Below are positions 1 to 8,611 of a stretch of 64,000 nucleotides of DNA, in pieces. Source of the DNA: Nitrososphaeria archaeon (lineage in GTDB: Archaea; Thermoproteota; Nitrososphaeria; Geothermarchaeales; JDFR-13); the NCBI GenBank assembly GCA_027078545.1, contig JALWXN010000004.1:1-64000 (forward strand), read 5' to 3'. A model generated the notes under the pieces. It was not told the origin of the DNA. It saw nothing but the letters and a program-made list of their open reading frames with translations, and ran no database searches. The translations under genes and the position numbers were made by a program. Position 1 is the first letter of the stretch, and each line of letters begins with the position of its first letter.

Positions 1-6
1 TTTATA

Positions 7-21
7 CCCCCCCCCCCCCCC
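7..21. repeat. Poly-C homopolymer (15 C) upstream of top6B
   Basis: Directly visible: TTTATA followed by 15 consecutive C. Confidence 0.9.
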
Positions 22-59
22 AACTTAATACAGACGAGTGTTAAGGATATTATCTGAAG

Positions 60-1592
60 ATGGAGGAATATAAGGAGCTAAGTCCTAGCGAGTTCTTCTA
101 CCGCAACAAGGAGATAGCCGGGTTCTCAAACCCGGCGAGATCCCTATACACAGCCATAAGAGAATTGTTTGAAAACTCGATGGATGCATGTGAACTAAAC
201 GAGATACTACCCGAGATAATAATATCCCTCCGGAAGGTGGGGGAGAGACAGAAGACCGAGATATACAGGCTATACATACAGGACAACGGTTCCGGGATAC
301 CCAAGAAACACATACTCAACGCCCTTGGGAAGATGCTCTTCAGCAGCAAATACGTTATCAGGCAGAGCAGAGGCACATTCGGACTTGGAGGGACGATGTC
401 CCTCCTATACGGCCAGATAACGACGGGCAAGCCGGTAAAGGTCGTCTCCTCAACCGGCAACAGCCAGATACACCAGTACGTCTTCAAGATAGATGTTAGG
501 AGTAACCAGCCCAAGATATACTCTGAGAAGAGCTATAGAAACTATAGGAAGTGGAGAGGCACAATCATCGAGTTCTACCTAGAGGGTAACTATCCCAAGG
601 CTATGAGATACATTATAAACTACTTCAAGCTGACAGCCGCCATAACGCCCCATGCAGACATACTCTTCCTAGACCCATACGGCACCATGTACTACTTCCC
701 AAGAACCATAAACAAGACTCCACAGCCACCCAAGAAGATCAAGCCACATCCCCACGGGATCGACCTAGAACTCCTCAAGACCCTGATAGAGCGTAGCCCC
801 AGCCACATGACCGTTAAAGAATTCCTAGTAAAGTCCTTCCACAGAGTCGGATCCTCGACAGCGGTAAAGTTCCTCAAATACGCCAAGATCAGGCCCGACA
901 CAAAGCTGGGAGATCTAGACGACACCCTAATAGACAGGCTCTACACAGCCCTGACCAGCTACGACGGATTCATAGCACCCAACTCCGACATACTAAGCCC
1001 CATAGGGGAGGACGTCCTAAGAGAGGGGATAATGAAGGAGTTCAGACCCGAGTATATCGACACGGTCACGAGGCCACCATCCAGCTATAGGGGGCACCCC
1101 TTCATAGTAGAGGCAGCCCTAGCCTATGGCGGCGAGATCCCGGGACAGGCGGGAGACATCACCCTATTCAGATACGCGAACAAAATACCACTCCTCTATG
1201 ACGAGGGGAGCGATGTATCCTACATCGTCCTGGAGAGGCTTAAACAGAGCTACAGGATAAGCAGTGACAAGCCACTCGCAATATTCATACACATAGCCAG
1301 CACCAAAGTCCCCTTCAAATCCGTGGGCAAAGAAGCCATTGCAGACGCACCCGAGATAGAGAGGGAGATCGAGCTAGCCATGAGGACACTACTGAGGAAC
1401 TTCATCAAGTATAGGAGGAGGGTGGTCAGGAAGAGGGAGGCCGTTAGGAGGCTCAAGATATATGAGAAGTATCTAGGCCTAATAGCACGGTTCGCCAAGC
1501 AGCTCGCCGGGAGGAAGGAGGTAGATATAACACCCCTACTCAGGAAGATCAGGAGTAGGTATAAGGTGGAGGAGGCCGTAGAGACAGACTAG
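60..1592 (+). CDS. top6B: DNA topoisomerase VI subunit B
   Basis: GHKL motifs ELFENSMDA, DNGSGI, QSRGTFGLG; H2TH domain; RYANKIPLLYD. Confidence 0.97.
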   Translation: MEEYKELSPSEFFYRNKEIAGFSNPARSLYTAIRELFENSMDACELNEILPEIIISLRKVGERQKTEIYRLYIQDNGSGIPKKHILNALGKMLFSSKYVIRQSRGTFGLGGTMSLLYGQITTGKPVKVVSSTGNSQIHQYVFKIDVRSNQPKIYSEKSYRNYRKWRGTIIEFYLEGNYPKAMRYIINYFKLTAAITPHADILFLDPYGTMYYFPRTINKTPQPPKKIKPHPHGIDLELLKTLIERSPSHMTVKEFLVKSFHRVGSSTAVKFLKYAKIRPDTKLGDLDDTLIDRLYTALTSYDGFIAPNSDILSPIGEDVLREGIMKEFRPEYIDTVTRPPSSYRGHPFIVEAALAYGGEIPGQAGDITLFRYANKIPLLYDEGSDVSYIVLERLKQSYRISSDKPLAIFIHIASTKVPFKSVGKEAIADAPEIEREIELAMRTLLRNFIKYRRRVVRKREAVRRLKIYEKYLGLIARFAKQLAGRKEVDITPLLRKIRSRYKVEEAVETD

Positions 1593-2698
1593 CCATAGAG
1601 ATCCATCTTATCCTTTAGATACACATCCGCGATGTATGACAGGCCATACCTACTAAAGGCCTCCAACTCACTCTTCCTCCTAAGCTTCTTAAACTTCAGG
1701 AGCTCACTCCTCCAGGGATCCTCGCTATAACGCGGATCCCTCAGAAGCTCCTCCAACCTCTTAACATCCCTCTCGTTGAAGGGATCACTAGGGAGGCGAT
1801 ACTTCTCAATATCGGACGCCCAGATACCTATCCACTTAGCATCAGGCGTGTGGAGCTCCCTCACATGTGCAGAGTTGGCGGATCCATAGACAATAACCCC
1901 GGCTATATGGAGGCCCCAGACATCCCCATCGGTGAAGATATAGACAGGGAGGCCCAGCTCAACCCTAAGCCTCCTGATAAGATACCTAGCAGCCCTAGGA
2001 GCCTGCCCAGAAGTACTGATCAGGATCGCCTTATACCTCTCATAGACCCTCTCCTCGATAAACCTGTTAAATATAGCATCCTTCTCAATCACGAAGACCC
2101 TCTCAGCCCCAGTATCGACGAACTCACAGGTCTTCAGGCTATGCCCAATCATCAGCCCATCGGGATGGGTCAAGAGATTCACACGCCTACCCTCATAGCC
2201 AGGTACAGTATACTCGATCGTAAGGTCACCGAAGATAGCCGCCCTCTCAGCAGGAAATATGTTGAAATCCTCCCTAGGGAAGCCTAGATAAGCCTCGAGA
2301 TCCATGATAAGCTCGTCCGACTCCACCTGCTCCTCAAAATCAACCCCATACGCCTGTGAAGAGTAGTAGACATCCCTCAGGGTACTAGTCCTCTGCTCCT
2401 CGATGAGAGACTTCGCGAAGGACGCTATCCATACAAACTGGGTAAACCTCCTCAGATGGGAGTAGGCCGCGGTACTCCTAACCTTCTTCCCATCACCAAG
2501 CACATACCCCTTCTCCTCAGGGTCATACCTAATGTTCGAGACACTCCTACTAGGTATCTCTAGCCGGGGATGCTCACCCCTCTCCATATCCCCAATAATC
2601 TTCTCCCCAAGAGCCCTAAGACGGGACAAGACACTCCTCTTTCTATCCAGAACCCTCGTCATACCAATAAATATCTTTACACAGCCATGCCATATCAA
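1589..2698 (-). CDS. top6A: DNA topoisomerase VI subunit A (Spo11 family); true start probably 2662
   Basis: STLRDVYY catalytic Tyr; TOPRIM motifs VIEKDA and FTDGDVWG; KSELEA. Confidence 0.97.
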   Translation of the reverse strand: MIWHGCVKIFIGMTRVLDRKRSVLSRLRALGEKIIGDMERGEHPRLEIPSRSVSNIRYDPEEKGYVLGDGKKVRSTAAYSHLRRFTQFVWIASFAKSLIEEQRTSTLRDVYYSSQAYGVDFEEQVESDELIMDLEAYLGFPREDFNIFPAERAAIFGDLTIEYTVPGYEGRRVNLLTHPDGLMIGHSLKTCEFVDTGAERVFVIEKDAIFNRFIEERVYERYKAILISTSGQAPRAARYLIRRLRVELGLPVYIFTDGDVWGLHIAGVIVYGSANSAHVRELHTPDAKWIGIWASDIEKYRLPSDPFNERDVKRLEELLRDPRYSEDPWRSELLKFKKLRRKSELEAFSRYGLSYIADVYLKDKMDLYG

Positions 2699-2775
2699 GG
2701 GACAAGTTATTTATACCACACCCCAGAATAGAATCATTAATAACCCGGCCAAGACACCCCGGAGAGGGAAGAGAA

Positions 2776-2973
2776 ATGTCTAGGGAACTTGCTAGGACAC
2801 CACTAATAATCAAGACCATAGCATTCATAATGCTCCTCCTAGGGATAGCCCTCATCTACCTAGTCTCAACCTCATCAGAACTCATGGGTGCACACAGGAC
2901 GATAGGCTACGTACTCGGACTAGCACTACTCATAATCCCCGGATACATACTCATAGCCAATGTTATAGAGTAA
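2776..2973 (+). CDS. Small membrane protein (two TM helices)
   Basis: 65-aa ORF with two hydrophobic segments filling an intergenic gap. Confidence 0.65.
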   Translation: MSRELARTPLIIKTIAFIMLLLGIALIYLVSTSSELMGAHRTIGYVLGLALLIIPGYILIANVIE

Positions 2974-2983
2974 AGGTTATATT
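2972..2983 (+). promoter_or_regulatory. BRE/TATA promoter for tRNA-Asn
   Basis: AAAGG-TTATAT about 30 nt upstream of the tRNA 5' end. Confidence 0.6.
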
Positions 2984-3010
2984 TCCGTAGGGAAAAAGGA
3001 ATCACTAGGA

Positions 3011-3112
3011 GCCGCCGTAGCTCAGCTGGAAGAGCACCGGGCTGTTAACCCGGTGAAGAGTCCCGGGGCTGATACCCGGGGGTCCCCGGTTCGAGTCCGG
3101 GCGGCGGCGCCA
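3011..3112 (+). tRNA. tRNA-Asn(GTT) with a 26-nt intron (most likely 3056-3081, position 45/46); CCA encoded
   Basis: Acceptor GCCGCCG/CGGCGGC; D arm GCTC/GAGC; anticodon arm CCGGG-CTGTTAA-CCCGG; T arm CCCGG-TTCGAGT-CCGGG; 26 extra nt. Confidence 0.92.
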
Positions 3113-3180
3113 CACCCTCCTCCCTGAGGCCCCCCAAGAGTCACCGATTTATCTAGAACCACTACAAATTTTTTAGTGGC

Positions 3181-3375
3181 ATGGTATTCGAGATTGTTCT
3201 AGGCCAGGAGAGATACTACGGCTGCTCAGAATGCTTCCTAGTCTATAGGGACATGGAGACAGCGACTAGGTGTGAGGAGTGGTGCGCTAGTCACAAGAGT
3301 TGCAACTCTGAGATAACGTCAAAAAGTATTGGTTATGTAAAGTTCGGCAGGGGTCCTGAACTCACACTAGGCTAG
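3181..3375 (+). CDS. Small Cys/His-rich putative metal-binding protein
   Basis: CSEC...CEEWCASHKSC pattern in a 64-aa ORF. Confidence 0.7.
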   Translation: MVFEIVLGQERYYGCSECFLVYRDMETATRCEEWCASHKSCNSEITSKSIGYVKFGRGPELTLG

Positions 3376-3647
3376 TCCAGAGACAAACCACCCTGGACAC
3401 TAGAAGTATATATGGATTTGTGGATAGGGGGACTCTGGGCTAGGCCCCCAAATCGCGACTTGTATGATGGGGGGCTAAGGATATTAAAAACATTAGGACA
3501 TACTATCCTCAATACTTGTTACCGAACTCTCCCATTAGTATTCTCACAAGGATTGGTAATCCGCTTTATATAGCCCCTTTAATTCTATATGTCCTTGTCG
3601 GAGAAGACCTGTTCATACACACCTATCCCCTAAAAAGGTGTTAGGAA

Positions 3648-4694
3648 ATGGAGAAGTATGATGTAGCCGTTTTGGGTGCAGGTATTGTAGGCCTAACAGC
3701 ATCCTACTTCTCGTCAGACGAGGGTTTCAAGACCGTTATGATCGCCTCGGAGATACCTAGCGACGTCTCCATGAACAAGTCGGTCGGGATAATTACTAGG
3801 CAGCTCACAACCAAGAGGGAGATACTCCTAGCGACGGAGAGTATAAACATCCTCTTCGAGCTCCTACCAAACATCTACAGGGTTATGTATGGTAGGGACT
3901 TCATAACGATAGAGGATCAGAAGACGGCATTCCAGGATTTCCGGTTCTATAGGAAGACGATGTACGACGTAGATATCTACTACTACGGCGAGGTCCCTGA
4001 GAAGTTCAGCTCAATCAACATATCGGTTAATGAGGCTATCCTACACACAAAGAACGACGTCATGCTGGATGCCAAGAAGGCGATCGAGAACCTATACGAG
4101 GTAGTATCTAGGAAGCAGGGCCTAGACCAGATACAGAAGAAGGCCCTCTCACTCGAGAGGGAGGGTAACGAGTACATAATCAAGCTAGAGGATGGGGAGG
4201 AGGTGAAGGCTAAGAACGTAATACTGGCCATGGGCGCATGGAACAAATACTTCCTAGAGAACAATAGGATATACCTACCCGTAGCCACATATGCATGCAT
4301 AGCCGTCAGGTTCAAGATAGATGGTGAGATCCCAGTAAGCGGCTCAGACGAGGTAAACTATATGTACTGGATGGTGGAGGACGACACAGTATTGGCAGGA
4401 GAGTACTACCAGTCAGTACCCATAATAAGGCCCGACAGGATGGACCTCGTCGAGCTTGAGAACAAGGACAAGTCAGTCAAGAGATCCCTACTAGAGAGGT
4501 TCAAATCCCTCAAGGATCTAGAGTTCGTAGAGTTCATAGTAGGGCCCTGCAGCGTACCACTAGGCAAGAGACCACTATTCAAGGAGGTCATGACCAACGT
4601 ATTCCTAATCGACGGGATGGCTGGCTACGGCTTCACACTAGGACCAGCCCTCGCCAAGGAAGCAGTATCGATGATAAGCCAGAGGATGGGCTGA
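3648..4694 (+). CDS. FAD-dependent oxidoreductase (DAO / sarcosine oxidase beta-like)
   Basis: DVAVLGAGIVG dinucleotide-binding motif; VILAMGAW; GMAGYGFTLGPALA. Confidence 0.85.
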   Translation: MEKYDVAVLGAGIVGLTASYFSSDEGFKTVMIASEIPSDVSMNKSVGIITRQLTTKREILLATESINILFELLPNIYRVMYGRDFITIEDQKTAFQDFRFYRKTMYDVDIYYYGEVPEKFSSINISVNEAILHTKNDVMLDAKKAIENLYEVVSRKQGLDQIQKKALSLEREGNEYIIKLEDGEEVKAKNVILAMGAWNKYFLENNRIYLPVATYACIAVRFKIDGEIPVSGSDEVNYMYWMVEDDTVLAGEYYQSVPIIRPDRMDLVELENKDKSVKRSLLERFKSLKDLEFVEFIVGPCSVPLGKRPLFKEVMTNVFLIDGMAGYGFTLGPALAKEAVSMISQRMG

Positions 4695-4764
4695 AGAGAG
4701 GGCCATAACATTATAACACCGGGATAAGCCTTATCAGTATCCAAGGAGAAAAACTTTCTCCGAG

Positions 4765-4855
4765 GCCCCGGTGGTGTAGCCCGGTCAAGCATACCGGCCT
4801 TTCGAGCCTAGGAGACAGCCGGTGGACCCGGGTTCAAATCCCGGCCGGGGCACCA
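4765..4855 (+). tRNA. tRNA-Glu(TTC) with a 12-nt intron at 37/38 (4805-4816); CCA encoded
   Basis: Acceptor GCCCCGG/CCGGGGC; CCGGC-CT-TTC-G|AGCCTAGGAGAC|A-GCCGG; CTTT pairs with intron GGAG; T loop TTCAAAT. Confidence 0.92.
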
Positions 4856-4856
4856 G

Positions 4857-5987
4857 CTAAATCCCAAAGTCCTCCCTAATCCTGCTTATCAGGCTATCAG
4901 GGTCGTCAGAGATATAGTTGGAGTGGTTCCTGAGGAAGGGGCTGATATCCTTCTCCGTGAAGTATGTGTAGACCCTCTTCATATGGGTGAAGCCATAGAT
5001 CATCTCGCTCAACACGCCTGGGCTAAGCTGACTAGTAGGGTAGAAGATTATCACCATATCACTCTGATCTATGAATCGGTAGTCCCTAGCTATAGTGCTA
5101 TCCCTGATATAGTCCTCCGCATCCCTAATCTCCGAGACAGGAATCTCAACGTTGAACGCATCAACCCATACACTATCCTTACCACCAGCCTCCCTAGCAG
5201 CGTCGATCAAGGCATAGTCCTCAACCATCATAGGGTCGAAGACGATGATATTATTCTTCTCAAGCTTCTCCACAAACTCATCCTTCCTCTCGACAAAGTC
5301 CGGGACATTCTTCACATGGGTCATAGGATAGCTGAGATACGCCTTCCTCTTCCTAGGCCTCTCACCCAGGCCACGGGGAACCTCATAGTCATAGATAATG
5401 TCCCTCAGCAGCTTCCCATAGGGCCTATCCCCATAGGGCCGGGAGTAAGGGATCATATAGAACGGCTTGGAGAGGATACTGGCCACCATATTAGTGATGA
5501 AGACCTCCTCATCCTGCCAGATCAAGAGCTCCTTAAGGGTTAGACGCTCCCTCCAATGCCTAAGCTCAGGATGAGTATCTATCCTCCTACGTATATTGGC
5601 TATAGAGTCTATGATCGTGACGAATATATCCGGATTGACATCGTTTAGATAGTTGTAGTCGAAGGCAGGCATTATATATTTTCTCCACCGGAAACTCATG
5701 TGGAGGCTAATATACATATCCCTCTCAGACCCATACCCCCCATACCCATCAGCCCTATGTACAATACCCTCGAAGACCGTCGCCCTCAGGAAGCGGAGGG
5801 CAATCTCATCCAGGTCGAGTATCTTGTCACCCGGGATATCCACACCAAGCTCCCGAGCCTTGTCGAACATGCTCGGCCCAACATCGACCATCTCCACGGC
5901 CCTGCCCTCACCACTGGCCAAGCCCCTTACCTCCTCAAGATACCTAGCCCTACCAGAACCGGTAATCCCCGTCCCAAGCAGGATCAT
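4857..5987 (-). CDS. Adenylate-kinase-like P-loop domain fused to a nucleoside deoxyribosyltransferase / N-glycosidase-like domain
   Basis: N-terminal GTGITGSGR P-loop variant; C-terminal AYLSYPM...RDYRFIDQSD...SPGVLSEM. Confidence 0.65.
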   Translation of the reverse strand: MILLGTGITGSGRARYLEEVRGLASGEGRAVEMVDVGPSMFDKARELGVDIPGDKILDLDEIALRFLRATVFEGIVHRADGYGGYGSERDMYISLHMSFRWRKYIMPAFDYNYLNDVNPDIFVTIIDSIANIRRRIDTHPELRHWRERLTLKELLIWQDEEVFITNMVASILSKPFYMIPYSRPYGDRPYGKLLRDIIYDYEVPRGLGERPRKRKAYLSYPMTHVKNVPDFVERKDEFVEKLEKNNIIVFDPMMVEDYALIDAAREAGGKDSVWVDAFNVEIPVSEIRDAEDYIRDSTIARDYRFIDQSDMVIIFYPTSQLSPGVLSEMIYGFTHMKRVYTYFTEKDISPFLRNHSNYISDDPDSLISRIREDFGI

Positions 5988-5996
5988 AGTCCCACC

Positions 5997-6629
5997 CTAC
6001 TCCTCATCACCATGCTTATCAATATTCTTAGATAGTAGGGATTCCCAGTCAATCATCAGTACGGCGGCTGCAAAGACTATCGAGACCACCAGTAGTATGA
6101 TGCTTACAACGATGTCTTCCCCCCCTCCAAGGTATATCCTCACCGCCTCGTAGGAGTAGAACCCTGCATAGGCTATAACCGTATAGAGTATCGTCTTACC
6201 CATGAAGGCCGCCACGAAGATCTTCCCAATGTTGTATCTCGCGAGGCCCAGCGCCGGATAGATAATATCGTCTGGGAGGGGTGTAACGGCCAGGATAAAC
6301 ACCGCCAATGCTCCATACCTATCGATAAGTATCCTGAAGCGATCAGCCCTCCTCTTAAGATCCTCAGGCAATATCTTCCTACCCCCACGGAAGAGGAGGT
6401 AGAGGCTCAGCTCACCCAGAGCCGCTCCAGCCCCCGAAGCAATACCAAGGAAGACCGGGTTGAACCTCTGGGTAGAGCCTGCCAGATATATAGCGGTCTG
6501 GAAGGGAACAGGCATAACCACCGACATAGAGGCTAGTAGGGAGAGGATGAAGAGTGCTAGATAGCCATACTGATCGATCAGAGACCAGAACTCTATATCT
6601 ATCGATAGGAATAAAAGGGGGCTCAACAT
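5997..6629 (-). CDS. DedA / SNARE-associated (VTT domain) membrane protein
   Basis: GAGAALGELSLY, TPLPDD and AAFMGK motifs; multiple TM helices. Confidence 0.85.
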   Translation of the reverse strand: MLSPLLFLSIDIEFWSLIDQYGYLALFILSLLASMSVVMPVPFQTAIYLAGSTQRFNPVFLGIASGAGAALGELSLYLLFRGGRKILPEDLKRRADRFRILIDRYGALAVFILAVTPLPDDIIYPALGLARYNIGKIFVAAFMGKTILYTVIAYAGFYSYEAVRIYLGGGEDIVVSIILLVVSIVFAAAVLMIDWESLLSKNIDKHGDEE

Positions 6630-6631
6630 GG

Positions 6632-7192
6632 CTATTCAACCCCGTACTCCTCAATGATCTTCGATATCTCGTTATAAAGCTCCTCCAGATCATCCTCCTC
6701 ACGGGGCCTACGCTTCTTCTCCTCCTTCTCCTCAGGCTTCTCCTCCCTCTCCTCCCTACGCGACTCCCCATGCCTAACCTTAAGCCTCTCCTCCAACCTC
6801 CTTATCTCCTCCTCAAGCTTCGCACGCCTCGCCTCATACTCCCTAACCAGCTTCTCATACTCCTCTCTAAGCTCCTCCAGCTTGGCATAGAGCCTCAGAC
6901 TCTTAAGCTCCCTCTCGATCTCCTCCAAATCCCTCTCAAACTTCTTTATCAACGACTCCTTCACATCAGGGGGTATCTTACCCTCCTCGGCCTGCTTGAT
7001 AACCGCTATTATAGCCTTCTTAACAGCATCCCTTCTGATCTCCAGCTCGGCAACCATCGATCTATAGGAGGTGGAGACACTCGTCGATACTGGCCTCCTA
7101 TCCCCGCCAGCCGATGAATATCTATATGCCGAGATGAGCATGGCTAGTGAGGAGCCTATAACCGTGGCGGGGAGGAGGTACTCAACCACCAT
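6632..7192 (-). CDS. Membrane-anchored coiled-coil protein, function unknown
   Basis: N-terminal hydrophobic helix followed by long E/K/R heptad repeats. Confidence 0.7.
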   Translation of the reverse strand: MVVEYLLPATVIGSSLAMLISAYRYSSAGGDRRPVSTSVSTSYRSMVAELEIRRDAVKKAIIAVIKQAEEGKIPPDVKESLIKKFERDLEEIERELKSLRLYAKLEELREEYEKLVREYEARRAKLEEEIRRLEERLKVRHGESRREEREEKPEEKEEKKRRPREEDDLEELYNEISKIIEEYGVE

Positions 7193-7207
7193 TATAAATC
7201 AATAATT

Positions 7208-7522
7208 CTATCGCCTAGCTGCGGATTTAAAGCCTTTCCTATAAGTCTTCCCACAGGCAAGACACTTAACCGCTACATGTAGATATGGCCTCGGCCTAAC
7301 CCTATATACAGCGTTGACACCTGGATGTAGGGAGGCGCCACAGTATTTACATCTGAAAAGTTTCAGGAGGCCAGGCTTCTCCCCACGTATCTTTAGAAGA
7401 ATCTTATAGGCCTCCTCAATATACCTCAACCTATACTCCCTGGGAATCTCCGTGTTAAAGAATAGCCTGACAAGCCTCTGAGCCTCCCTATAGCCATGAC
7501 GCCTAGCCCTCCTAGATACCAT
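7208..7522 (-). CDS. rnp4: RNase P protein component 4 (Rpp21)
   Basis: CKYCGASLHPG...VRVR...CLACGKTYR zinc ribbon. Confidence 0.85.
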   Translation of the reverse strand: MVSRRARRHGYREAQRLVRLFFNTEIPREYRLRYIEEAYKILLKIRGEKPGLLKLFRCKYCGASLHPGVNAVYRVRPRPYLHVAVKCLACGKTYRKGFKSAARR

Positions 7523-7561
7523 ACACCTTAAACATTACGGTTAGAAATATATGGGTCGAAG

Positions 7562-8203
7562 ATGGGGATAGACCTAACCATACTGATATACGGGGCGGAG
7601 ATAGAGGCCGTACCTAGAGAGCTATGGCAGGAGCCAGCTATAAGGAACGACTCTAGGAGGCGTAGGAGACACCCAAGCAAGATCCTCCTCTACACCCCAG
7701 TACACCACGACGCCATGGTTAGGCATGGGATCGACGTGTATAGGAGAGGCAGGCCAGACATCACCCAGGACATCCTGAAGACTATATGTAACCACCCATT
7801 CACCAAGGAGAACAGGGTCTCGATATACCTATACACCGTGGAGGGCAGGACGATATGGATAAACCCAGAGACCAGGATACCACATGACTACTACCGCTTC
7901 GAGGGCCTAATGATCCAGCTCCTCGAGAAGGGTATGGTACCACCCAACGACGGGAGATTCATGAAGGTAGTGGACACCCCATTAGGAGAGATCCTAGGTG
8001 ACAAGGTGTTTATACTCCATGAGGAGGGGGAGGAGACGCCGATGGAGAAGGAGTACTACGACGGCTCAACACTGGTTATAGGCGGTTTCCAAAAGGGGGA
8101 CTTCGACCCAGAGATATTGGACAGGGGTAGGAAGATATCGATATATAGAGAACCACTCTACGCATCCACAGCCATGTGTATCTTCCTGACGAGGATCCTA
8201 TAA
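7562..8203 (+). CDS. nep1: 16S rRNA pseudouridine N1-methyltransferase Nep1/Emg1
   Basis: RGRPDI, ETRIPHDYYRFEGLMIQLL, IGGFQKGDF. Confidence 0.93.
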   Translation: MGIDLTILIYGAEIEAVPRELWQEPAIRNDSRRRRRHPSKILLYTPVHHDAMVRHGIDVYRRGRPDITQDILKTICNHPFTKENRVSIYLYTVEGRTIWINPETRIPHDYYRFEGLMIQLLEKGMVPPNDGRFMKVVDTPLGEILGDKVFILHEEGEETPMEKEYYDGSTLVIGGFQKGDFDPEILDRGRKISIYREPLYASTAMCIFLTRIL

Positions 8204-8224
8204 CAGTATATCGAGGTATATAGG

Positions 8225-8311
8225 TGCGGCCGCCGGGATTCGAACCCGGGACCACCGGCTCACCACCATGTGTTGGAAGGCCGGCATCCTACCAGGCTAG
8301 ACCACGGCCGC
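8225..8311 (-). tRNA. tRNA-Gly(TCC) with a 13-nt intron at 37/38 (8261-8273); CCA not fully encoded
   Basis: Reverse complement: GCGGCCG...CCGGC-CT-TCC-A|ACACATGGTGGTG|A-GCCGG...GGTTCGAATCC...CGGCCGCA. Confidence 0.9.
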
Positions 8312-8374
8312 ACCATAAAATCTCTTTCCATAGAAAGGGTTATTAATAATAGGGCCTAGGGGATGCGCTAGGCT

Positions 8375-8611
8375 CTACTCCCTCACAGCCTCTATCCTAA
8401 AGTCTCTCGACCCTTCCTTCCAATACCTAATGACGCGATACCCCAGCTCCCCACCCATATTCCTCAGGGCGAACCATGAATCGGCGTTGGAGACGATCAT
8501 CAAAAACCTCTCCCCCCGGGCTATCTCTGAAAGCCTCTTCTTAAAAAGTTCTAGGGCCGAGGAGGTACAGTCTTCCTCCTCGGCCAGCCTCCTCAGGTCT
8601 ATCGTCTTCAT
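8375..8611 (-). CDS. TusA/SirA-like small sulfur-carrier protein
   Basis: 78 aa; IDLR...C pattern and GERFLMIVSN resemble the TusA fold; translationally coupled to a rhodanese. Confidence 0.6.
   Translation of the reverse strand: MKTIDLRRLAEEEDCTSSALELFKKRLSEIARGERFLMIVSNADSWFALRNMGGELGYRVIRYWKEGSRDFRIEAVRE

Noticed and set aside
3062-3080. Alternative splicing of the Asn gene to give tRNA-Ile(GAT) using the intron's CT-GAT-A
   Set aside because: The product would have a 6-nt anticodon loop, and I found no matching BHB register.
3372-3403. Hairpin GTCCAG...CTGGAC after the small Cys-rich gene
   Set aside because: Only about 6 bp with no U-tract or other support; could be chance.
3113-4764. 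Possible integrated element between tRNA-Asn and tRNA-Glu
   Set aside because: No integrase and no duplicated tRNA 3' end (att site) seen; the oxidoreductase has host-like codon usage.
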